DNA of 64,000 bases, taken from NCBI RefSeq assembly GCF_006345805.1, contig NC_043014.1, positions 16,492,001 through 16,556,000 of the forward strand, written 5' to 3'. The notes under the pieces were generated by a model. It made no database searches and had not been told where the DNA came from. It saw only the letters and a list, made by a program, of their open reading frames with translations. The position numbers were made by a program, and so were the translations under genes. This document shows, piece by piece, positions 53,859-64,000 of this stretch (position 1 is its first letter; every line of letters starts with the position of its first letter). This DNA comes from Octopus sinensis (taxonomy: Eukaryota).

Positions 53859-54486
53859 TTATTGGAGCCTATTATGAACATTACTGTTGTTTCTCAGTTT
53901 TGAAACTGATTTATATACATCCTGCAGACATGGCACTGCATCTGGTATATTCCAAAAATCACATATTGTCACAAGGAATGGGTTTTTCCAATATGACTTC
54001 AAAATGGAACCAAAATATTTGGATGCATGAACTCAATGGTTTTGGCAATTTTGTTTGATGCCTAACATTTCTGACAATACACCAATCCAAACATCATCTG
54101 GCATGAGCATTTTGTTCTTCAATGATGCCAGATAGAGTTTGTTGATTACATTAATATGTGCTATGTAACCAACACCATGACAATATATAGGATAGTTCTC
54201 CCCTTGATACAACATTTTCTCACTGAGTTCACGGAATTTTTTGTTTTTGTGATGGTCTGATTTTCTTCCAGGAAAGCAATTACAAAATGCAAAATGATTA
54301 TCATAATCAACTTGAGACAAATCATAATGAAGAAATGGCAGAAGTTTGATCTGGTCAACAAAAAGTTCATCATTTAATACCAGAACATATTCTACATTGG
54401 CACAAAACTCCACACTCTACTTCCATGCCATAAGTGTCTTTAAGTAGACATTACTATAAGAATGTTGGAGGGAGTCTAAGAAATGT
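53859..54486 (-). pseudogene. GT31-family glycosyltransferase (beta-1,3-galactosyltransferase/GlcNAc-transferase-like) pseudogene exon
   Basis: SYSNVYLKTLMAWK*SVEFCANVEYVLVLNDELFV...YPIYCHGVGY..LYLAS..DDVWIGVLSEMLGI. In-frame TAG (54419-54417) at the usual Trp, and TGA (54035-54033) followed by 57 more open codons. Possible acceptor at 54487. Confidence 0.8.
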
Positions 54487-54505
54487 CTGTAGGTAAGACT
54501 TTATA

Positions 54506-56982
54506 TCATCATCATCATCATCATTTAGCATCCGTTTTCCATGCTAGCATGGGTTGGACGGTTCAACTGGGGTCTGGGGAGCCCGAAGGCTGCACCAGGC
54601 CAGTCAGATCTGGCAGTGTTTCTACAGCTGGATGCCCTTCCTAACGCCAACCACTCCGAGAGTGTAGTGGGTGATTTTATGTGCCACCGACACAGGTGCC
54701 AGACGAGGCTGGCGAACGGCCACGCTCGGATGGTGTTTTTTATGTGCCACCGACACAGGTGCCAGATGAGGCTGGCAGACGGTCACGCTCGGATGGTGTT
54801 TTTATGTGCCACCGACACAGGTGCCAGATGAGGCTGGCGGACGGCCACGATCGGATGGTGTTTGTTACGTCCCCAAAGCACGGAGGCCAGTCTATGCGGT
54901 ACTGGCTACGGCCACGTTCGGATGATTTTCTTGTGTGCCACCGGCACTGGTACCACAAAGATACAAATTCCATTGATGTTCATCTATTTTGATTTGTTTT
55001 GATTTGATTTTCACTTGCCTCAACAGGTCTTCACAAGTGTCACAAGAAGGAAGGTATGCACAGGTGGACTGACTACGTCCCAGGTAGGGGCCACGGGTTA
55101 TGGCCTGACTAGTCTTGCCGGGTCTTCGGATGGTGTTTTTATGTGCCACCGACACAGGTGCCAGATGAGGCTGGCGAACGGCCACGATCGGATGGTGTTT
55201 GTTACGTGCCCACAGCACGGAGGCCAGTCGATGCGGTACTGGCTACGGCCACGTTCGGATGGTTTTCTTGTGTGCCACCGGCACTGGTACCACAAAGATA
55301 CAAATTCCATTGATGTTCATCTATTTTGATTTGTTTTGATTTGATTTGATTTGATTTTCACTTGCCTCAACAGGTCTTCACAGGTCTTCACAAGTGTCAC
55401 AAGAAGGAAGGTATGCACAGGTGGACTGACTACGTCCCAGGTAGGGGCCACGGGTTATGGCCTGACTAGTCTTGCCGGGTCTTCGGTTGGTGTTTTTATG
55501 TGCCACCGACACAGGTGCCAGATCAGGCTGGCGAACGGCCACGATCGGATGGTGTTTGTTATGTGCCCACATCACAGAGGCCAGTCGATGCGGTACTGGC
55601 TACGGCCACGTTCGGATGGGTTTCTTGTGTGCCACCGGTACTGGTACCACAAAGATACAAATTCCATTGATGTTCATCTATTTTGATTTGGTTTGATTTG
55701 ATTTGATTTTCACTTGCCTCAACAGGTCTACACAAGTGTCACACACTTGCCTCAACAGGTCTTCACAAGTGTCATAAGAAGGAAGGTATGCACAGGTGGA
55801 CTGACTACGTCGCCGGGTCTTCGGATGGTGTTTTTATGTGCCACCGACACAGGTGCCAGATGAGGCTGGCGAACGGCCACGATCAGATGGTGTTTGTTGT
55901 GCCCACAGCACGGAGGCCAGTCGATGCGGTATTGGCTACGGCCACGTTCGGATGGTTTTCTTGTGTGCCCCCGGTACTGGAACCACAAAGATACAAATTC
56001 CATTGATGTTCATCTATTTTGATTTGGTTTGATTTTCACTTGCCTCAACAGGTCTTCACAAGTGTCACATGTGTCACACACTTGCCTCAACAGGTCTCCA
56101 CAAGTGTCACACACTTGCCTCTGCCTCAACAGGTCTTCACAAAGTGTCACACACTTGCCTCTGCCTCAACAGGTCTTCACAAGTGTCACACACTTGCCTC
56201 AACAGGTCTTCACAAGTGTCATAAGAGGGAAGGTATGCACAGGTGGACTGACTACGTCGCCGGGTCTTCGGATGGTGTCTTTATGTGCCACCGACACAGG
56301 TGCCAGATCAGGTGCCAGAACGGCCACAATCGGATGGTGTTTGTTGTGCCCACAGCACGGAGGCCAGTCGATGCGGTACTGGCTACGGCCACGTTTGGGT
56401 GGTTTTCTTGTGTGCCACCGGCACTGGTACCACAAAGAATACAATTCCACTGATGTTCATCTATTTTGATTTGTTTTGATTTGATTTTCACTTGCCTCAA
56501 CAGGTCTTCATAAGTGTCACAAGAAGGAAGGTATGCACAGGAGGACTGACTACGTCCCAGGTAGGGGCCACGGGTTATGGCCTGACTAGTCTTGCCGGGT
56601 CTTCTCACGCACAGCATACTTCCATAGGTCTCGGTCTCTAGACATTTCCTTAGTGAGACCTAAAGTTTGGTGCCACCGGTACTGGAACCACAAAGATACA
56701 AATTCCATTGATGTTCATCTATTTTGATTTGGTTTGATTTTCACTTGCCTCAACAGGTCTTCACAAGTGTCACACACTTGCCTCAACAGGTCTCCACAAG
56801 TGTCACACACTTGCCTCTGTCTCACAAAGTGTCACACGCTTGCCTCTGCCTCAACTGGTCTTCACAAGTGTCACACACTTGCTTAAACAGGTCTTCACAA
56901 GTGTCATAAGAGGGAAGGTATGCACAGGTGGACTGACTACGTCGCCGGGTCTTCGGATGGTGTTTTTATGTGCCACCGACAC
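54506..56982. repeat. SINE-derived compound satellite: about 6-7 units of 260-440 bp with nested ~60-bp and ~30-bp subrepeats
   Basis: gatacaaattccattgatgttcatc at about 54960, 55297, 55654, 55990, 56431 and 56695. The array starts in a family C element. Confidence 0.92.
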
Positions 56983-57597
56983 GAAGGGTGTATAATTTTT
57001 TGGGTGGTGGTAATAATAATAATCATAATACCACCTTGGGGTCCTTTCGATTAGTACTGAGGAGAGGGGATGAAGGATGAAGACTGATAAGTTTTTTGAG
57101 GGGATGGGTAGGGATTCCTTCTATTTTGTTATACAACCTTTTCATTTTTTTTTACAAAATATATATGTATGCATATAAAAGAGGGGAAGGGAAACGGGAA
57201 TGAGTGGGGTTATTCATTTTTCTTTTCTTTCCTTTTTTTTTTTTAATAATTTTAAATATCCATTTCAGTTCACAGTTCTCTACAACTAGACCAAAAAAAA
57301 AAAGTGAAAAATCACTCACACATATTATAGAATGGAGTTGGACAAGTGATGTGTAGTTAGAAGAATGCTTTTTCTCACCCAGAGTTTTACACCAAATCCA
57401 GTTCCATCGAACTAATATTCATAGATCTGCTCTTGCTCCCACCCCTGCATTACATTGCACCCACCAATGTTAAGGCTTTTTTGTTAATGTCATTGTTGTT
57501 GTGGTGTGGTAAATGGTTCAATAGACCCTCTCACCCTAACGTGTTTATGTTAAGATCTTTTCTTCAAAGATTCTCAAAGTTCAGAGTCCGTACTTCA

Positions 57598-58104
57598 GCC
57601 TCCAAGTTTCTCTGTTGGAAACTAACAAAATCTCTGCCCTGCTCCCCACCTCTCCTTTCCACTTCTTCCTCCTCCTCATCCTCCTTCACCTCCTCATCGC
57701 CATCATCACTTGACATCTTGCCTTCGAACGATGTGAGAGAACATGGCATTGGTGGCATGGCAGAGAGTCGACTTTACCGCCTCCAAGTTTCTCTGTTGGA
57801 AAGTTACAAAATCTCTGCTCCCCACCTTTCCGTCCTCCTCCTCCATCTGCATCATCACTCGACGTGTTGCCTCGAACGATGTGAGAGAACATGGCTTGGT
57901 GGCATGGCAGAGAGTCGACTTTACCGACGATAGCCTCCAAGTTTCTCTGTTGGAAAGTTACAAAATCTCTACCCTGCTCCCCACCTCTCCTTTCCACTTC
58001 TTCCTCCTCCTCCTCCTCCTCCTCATCGGCATCATCACTCGACGTGTTGCCTTCGAACGATGTGAGGGAACATGGTGTTGGTGGCGTGGCAGAGAGTCGA
58101 CTTT
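57598..58104. repeat. Three tandem units (about 181, 154 and 172 bp) within the exon
   Basis: gcctccaagtttctctgttggaaa at 57598, 57779 and 57933. Confidence 0.92.
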
Positions 58105-58740
58105 GCTGACGATGACGGGCATTGCAACTGCTGCTGTTGTTTCGTGCCTCACCACTTCTACGGCACTGTTTGGCCGACACTACTGCACCTGTATCCAGTG
58201 ACCCGTCAGATGCTGATGATGTCGAAGAGGAAGGAGAAGGGTAACTACTAGTACTCAAATTTGTTGTTGACACTTCTGTTTCTGAACTTGTTGCCCGACC
58301 TTCGTCAAGGCTTGTGTTTTTCTTCTTGCGGGTTATCCGGTAGTCTTTTGAATCTTTCCCTTCCTTGTGCAGAATCTGAGTTAGTTTTCGATGACGTGCG
58401 TTGGTGAACCTGTCCTCAGAGGCAATCACACTTTTTTCTCGGGATGTTGCTGCTACTGCTGCTGTAGATTTTGCAGAAGGCACTACACGGGAGTCTGTGA
58501 CAGAATTCATGGGATTTTCAACAACAGGTTGAAGCAGTGAGAGCTTGGCAAAGGGCTTGACCTGCCGAGAAAATGGAGTGCTACAGATCTGATCTGGCAG
58601 TAGCAAGGTCTCCTCTTTTATAGCAACAGACTTCAGTGGTAAGTTCAAATGGTGGTGGTCGTGATGTTGGTGATGATGGCTGTTATATGTGGAATATGTT
58701 GTTAATGGATCTACACTGGGCTCTGCTTTGATCTTGGTTA
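57686..58740 (-). CDS. Exon of an unidentified gene (Ser/His/acidic low-complexity; IKAEP and IKEE motifs suggest a nuclear regulator), 3' part triplicated
   Basis: Acceptor ttttttctttttcAG at 58742-58741, long open frame with GC above background. No catalytic domain recognised. Confidence 0.6.
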
Positions 58741-61504
58741 CTGAAAAAGAAAAAATATTAATGAGGATCAATACAAAGAAAATAAATGTAAGTAATACTT
58801 TATCAAATAAAGAAAGACGAACAGCTTAACTTCTTTTATTACCAACCTCCTTGAGACTGCTCTTTGTTCTGCAATACTATCCTTCTGTTTTATCAAAATT
58901 CACATTAATTTATGTTCTAAGAACTAACTAGATTCTTTAATAATTTCAAAATTAATTGAACTGAATGCATTGTATATCAATAGAAATATGGTAATGAAAG
59001 GATTCAGTCAACACTGGTACGTAACTAAATACCTCTAAGTATAGGTCACATACACTTGTCAAATCAAAACAAATATGTAAATTAGTTGACCTGTCCTGCA
59101 TCTATGCTATGGGTCATTCAACATTAACAATGAGTAAGTGGGGTTTAACAACAAAGCTAACAGCTCAGGCTCCAAGTAAAGAAATAATTTCTAACACAGC
59201 TTATTAAGCTGGAGGAGTCAATTTCTTAGACTAGTCATTATTCTAGTCCCTTCTTAGAAGAATAAAAGCTAAAGTCAACCCTGAGGGAGTTTGAACTCAA
59301 AATGTAAAATGGGTAAGGCACAATTTCTGAAGACCTACCAGGTACCTAACTTCCTTATCATAATAATAGTAATCACAACACCAACCTAATATAGGCACAA
59401 GGCCTGAAACTTGGTGGGAGGGAATGGTCAATTACACTGATCCTGGCACTTATTTCTATCAACTCAAAGAATGAAAGGCCAAGTCAACCTTGGCAGAATT
59501 TCAACGCAGAACACAATGATGGATGAAATGCTGCTGAGTATTTTGTTCAAAGTACTAATGATTCTGCCGCTCACAGCCACAATTCCTTAAATAACCCTCT
59601 CTACTACAGGCACAAGGTGTGAAATACGGAGGTAAGGGGAATAATCAATAATATAAACTGGTATTTCATTGATGGTAAAAGGATGAAAGCAAAGTCAACC
59701 TTGACGAAATTTGAACTCAGAATGTAAAAATGGACGAAATATTGCTAAGCATTTTGTCGCCTTAATAATAAGAATAATAAAAATTCTTTCTAGTGGAAGC
59801 ACAAAGCCTCAAATTTGGAGGAAGGCATTAAGTTGATTACATCGACCCCAGGGCGTAACAGGTACTTATTTAATCGATCCTGAAAAGATGAAAGAAAGTA
59901 GACTTTGGAGGAATTTGAACTCAGAAATGTAATGGCAAATGAAATACAGCTAAGCATTTCGTCCAGCACACTAATAATCCTGCCAGCTCACCACTTTAAT
60001 CTTTTCTATTATAGGCACAAGGCCTGAAATTTGGCAGGAAGGGGTTAGTCAATCAGTGCTTGACTGGCACTTATCTCATCGACCCTGAAAGGATGAAAGG
60101 CAAAGTCAAGCTTGGTGGAATTTGAACTCAGAACACAATGGCAGACGAAATATGGCTACGCATTTCACCTGGCGTGCTAACGATTCTGCCAGCTTCTCAT
60201 CTTAACGATGATTTCTAAAATGTGTGCAATTCCATAATATTCTGGCAGTGATGCGGGTGGAGTGGTATGCTTGATTAAATCAACCTTGTGTACTCATTTG
60301 GTAGGGACATATTTCCTCGACCTTTTGCTGAGTTTGGCGAGAATTGAACCCAAAACTACAAATCAATTTTGTTTACCTCTTTGCCAATACAGTCAACACT
60401 TGGCCCAATATGAATAATGTGATTAATATGAGTAAAATAATAATTTTTTTTATCTTCCACACGGGTGGCGGCAAATAACTACGTAATTATATAATGCACT
60501 TCAATTAGTATTTCACGTCCAAAATTAAAGGGAAAAAAAAACACGTCAGTTTGTCTACTGGGTTATATAATTAACATTATTATTCTATACGTGGGGGTGG
60601 GTTGTCAGAACCGCTGGAGTGCCAGACAATATATTCAACTATTTAGTTACACCCAGAGTTCAAAAATCCACACACACAGACACACACACATAAACAGTGA
60701 TTCCAACCAGGGTCTGTGTGCATGAGCGTGTGTGTGACGGGGGTATGACTGCCGACGGGTGGATTGATGGAATGTAAGGACTCTGCATTACCTCTTAAAA
60801 AAAATTACTGGCATATATAAAATAATTTAAATCGACTAAAAATCTTCGATAACAGAGCTCCAGTATGGCCATAGAGCAACCAGTAAAACAGAAGCAGGCG
60901 TGGCTGTGTGGTAAGAAGCCTACTTCCAAACCACATGGTTCTGGGTTCGGTCCAACTGCGTGACACACCTTTTGGAAGTGTCTTCTGTTAAAGCCCCGGG
61001 CCGACCAAAGCATCGTGTGCGAATTTTGTAGCTTGTGTAAATACATATACTCGTTAGTATGTTTATTTATATACCAGTCACTCAGAAGCTCGGCAAAAAG
61101 GAACTTATAGGAAGAGTACTAGGTTTAGAAAAATAAGTGCTGGGGTCGATTTGTTCGACTAACCCTTCCAAGGAAGTGCCCCAGCATTTCCGCATTATAA
61201 ATGATTTAAACAAGATATCTACATTTAAAAATGCTTCGTATGTGTGCGTGTGTGCATATTATTATTACTAGTGTGCGCGCGTGAGTAATAAATTTCTATG
61301 ATATAATTTATGTGTATAACATTTACAGCGAGAGAGAGAGAGAGAGAGATTACTTTGGTTACCAAATCGTGTTACGTTTGAACGCAGTTACACTCACGTC
61401 TTTTGTACGTTTGCATGTCACCCGCATAAATACACATAATGCGACTCACAAAAAGCTTTCAGCCCTGGAGCCAATTCTATAACTCCAACCCCATGTTTAA
61501 CTAT

Positions 61505-61742
61505 ATATTTCTTTATTGCCCACAAGGGGCTAAACATAGAGGGGGACAAACAAGGACAGACAAAGGGATTAAGTCGATTATAACGGCCTCCAGTGCGAAA
61601 CTGGTACTTTATTTATCGACCCCGAAAGGATAAAAGGCAAAGTTGACCTCGGCGGAATTTGAACTCAGAACGTAGCGGCAGACGAAATACCGCTAAGCAT
61701 TTCGCCCGGCGTGCTAGCGTTTCTGCCAGCTCGCCGCCTTAA
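61505..61742 (-). mobile_element. SINE family B, representative copy (Meta/MESC-domain-like body). Other copies at about 1130-1351, 8693-8915, 14556-14790, 15690-16365, 45215-45825(-), 47770-48660 and 59270-60200(-)
   Basis: ggcggcgagctggcagaaacg...gagttcaaattccgccgagg head followed by gactttgcctttcatcctttcggggtcgataaa..aagtaccag, resembling the Meta/MESC SINE core (recalled, not searched). Confidence 0.8.
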
Positions 61743-63079
61743 ACTGTGACTATAAGACAGTGTTCTAACCTACAGCAGGTCGGTTAAAACTGTGTGTATA
61801 AATATAAAATGTAATGATATATTCAATCACACACACACACAAAACTAAGTAGGCCTTATCACGACGCGGAATACAATTAAGAATTTAAAAGATTTGGACA
61901 GAAACTTATAGAAAGACTTCGTATGTGATATGGAGATAGCTGGACTTTGTGATGGCGAAGATAATCTATTTGTTACTATTCTCTCTTCCTCACTCAGCCG
62001 GACGTCATTCATACACAAATTCCGTGTGTGTGTGTGTACAACAAAGTCTATATTGAACTTTGTGACGATCGTTGGATATTGTGTACTCAAAACATGAGTT
62101 AGACCTGTAGTAGATATTATAGCCTCTCTCTCTTCACCAACTGGAACACTGTTCAATGAAGCCACCGCATACATACATATGTATACACACCACAAGAAAT
62201 ACATGCGGACATGCCTCAACTTAGGTAGTTCCGAGGGTAAAAAACGGAAAAAATAAACCTCAACTGCAGTCGATTCATCCGTTCTCGGCAAACATTAAAA
62301 AGCATATAAATTTGAAAAAAAAACCAAAAAAAAACACTTAAAAAACCAATGCTTCAGAGAGAAAGTCACTAAAATACATGTGAAAACTTGTACAAATCAT
62401 TTATTAAAACATACAAGCTAAGAATTTTGAAATGCTTTTCTTTTTGGGATCTTTAGCCGCATGTTCTGGAACCAACTGTCGATGAAAATTGAGGCGTGCT
62501 CCTGTGTATGTGTAAGGATATATGTGTGCTTGCGTTCCGGTGTTGTTTCCTTTACACATGGAAAGCGAAGCAGATGTGATAGTATAGTAATACACATCTC
62601 TTTGTCTCTTTTTAAGTTTCAGTCACGAGATTGTGGTCACGATGAGGTACAACACATTAAAAATTTCACGGATCATAGCAATCCGAGTAGTTTATCGTTC
62701 CCTATTTGACGAACAGACAAGTTACAAGACAATGTTAGCAGGTTAGAGAAGTTAGTGGGTTTGTAACCTGATGTCATAAGAACTCTAAATTTCCGAAAGA
62801 ACGTGAAGTCATTTTTTTGGAACAGTGGATCTCGAAAGCACTTAAAGCTATAATCGCATGCAAATATTGAGTTGAAAAACCCCCTTCGATAGAAAAGGTT
62901 GAAGGCTGCTGCGCTCTGAAATCCACAGTTCCAATATATACATCCACCACATTTTTTTCCCCTCCTCAATCTTTTCTGTCTTTGACTTTTAGCATTCTCT
63001 CGAGAGTCAAACTAAAAAACCTACTTGTTGCCCGTCACCTGTCTTCGCTTTTTGTTTTCTATAAATAGGGAACTATATA

Positions 63080-63207
63080 CAGGGTGATTCAAAAAAGTCC
63101 ATACATAAGAACAATATTTTTTATAAGAAACAGTTTTTTAAAATTTAACTGATTTCTTATAAAAAAATAAATTTTTCCTATGTATGGTGATTTTTTCAAT
63201 CACCCTG
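63080..63207. mobile_element. Tc1/mariner-type MITE (128 bp)
   Basis: TA|CAGGGTGATT...AATCACCCTG|TA, about 30-bp imperfect TIRs, TA target duplication. Confidence 0.85.
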
Positions 63208-63621
63208 TATAAATTTTTTCTCTCCTTGTTTCTTTATGTGGAAGAGCGTAGGCTCGAAAAGTAAAAGACTTTTCAATTCCTGAGCGTTATACTCTACATC
63301 TGTTTGGTTTCTACCACCACCTGTCTTCGCCTTTTGCTTTTTTTCGTGAATTCTCCCTATATATATATATATATATAATATTATATATATAATATATAGG
63401 GGGAGAGAGAGAGAGGAGAGAGAGAGAGACAACACAGAGACAGAGAGAGACGGGAGGGAGGAGGGAGGGGGAAGGTACGTGTCCGAATAGCGACATAAAG
63501 AAGAACCTCCAGTGCGAACCAGAAAATAGATGTTTATACATGCGTCCATAATACTATAGTTTCAAAAATACATGGAACAAAAAAAATTAACCATCTTATA
63601 CAACATGAATACATATGTAAG

Positions 63622-63652
<31 letters not shown>

Positions 63653-63726
63653 CGCATGTGTTGGTGCGGTGTGTATAGATTGTATATATACTATATTATA
63701 TATAATATATATATATATATATATAC

Positions 63727-64000
63727 TTTATTTTAAAGCAGCAGAAAAATTCAACAAAACCTGTTACTCTGAGTTTCCGTTGCCGTTCATCGGACAGTTT
63801 TTGCTAGCACAAAAACTGTTTCTGCTGCTTTATATAAAGCATATTACTCTACCACTGGTATTTGAGTACTACCGGATATATTAACACAAATAAATTGTGA
63901 AACAAGGTGGAAAAAAAGAGTACTCAAATACCAGTGGTCAATTAGAGTAATCTTTATTTAAAGCAGCAGAAAACAGTTTTTGCTAGCAAAAACTGTCCGA
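63727..64000. mobile_element. Penelope-like pLTR cluster with alternating inversions, running off the window end
   Basis: Segments flip around the palindrome cagtttttgctagcaaaaactg. The window ends in aaaactgtccga, the start of a second hammerhead on the + strand. Confidence 0.7.
63756..63801 (-). ncRNA. Minimal type I hammerhead ribozyme variant (probably dimeric)
   Basis: Stem I CUGU/ACAG (extendable AAAA/UUUU), core CCGAUGA, stem II CG-GCAA-CG, GAAA, near-palindromic stem III ACUC-A-GAGU, GUA cleavage triplet at 63767-63765. Confidence 0.7.

Noticed and set aside
54506-56982. CRISPR-like appearance of repeated ~30-bp motifs
   Set aside because: The intervening sequences are themselves repeated (no unique spacers), there are no cas genes, and the context is eukaryotic.
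61845-62291. 148-aa ORF as an upstream exon of the 57.7-58.7-kb gene
   Set aside because: No recognisable motifs or supported splice sites, and it contains (CA)n-derived sequence.

Overview
AT-rich, microsatellite- and transposon-saturated animal DNA. The SINE, microsatellite and LINE content looks like an octopus/cephalopod genome (inference, not database-checked). The one clear host gene is a dystroglycan (DAG1-like) on the + strand, with two coding exons (5891-6349 and 23343 onward) separated by a 17-kb phase-0 intron. Its canonical PPxY C-terminus (PYTSPPPYVPP*) lies in a different reading frame, just past the stop of the long ORF. The - strand carries a GT31 glycosyltransferase pseudogene and an acidic low-complexity exon with an internal triplication. 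Mobile elements include an uninterrupted Dong/R4-like RT+RLE LINE inside a (TAA)n tract, CR1-like, RTE, BovB-like and HERO fragments, a Helitron family (PIF1 helicase remnant plus two non-autonomous copies), a Tc1/mariner MITE and three to four SINE families. There is also a Penelope-like (Naiad-type) GIY-YIG element with a full type I hammerhead ribozyme fold downstream. Two further hammerhead-like repeat families, several large inverted duplications and a SINE-derived satellite array are present. All RNA folds and alignments were done by eye.
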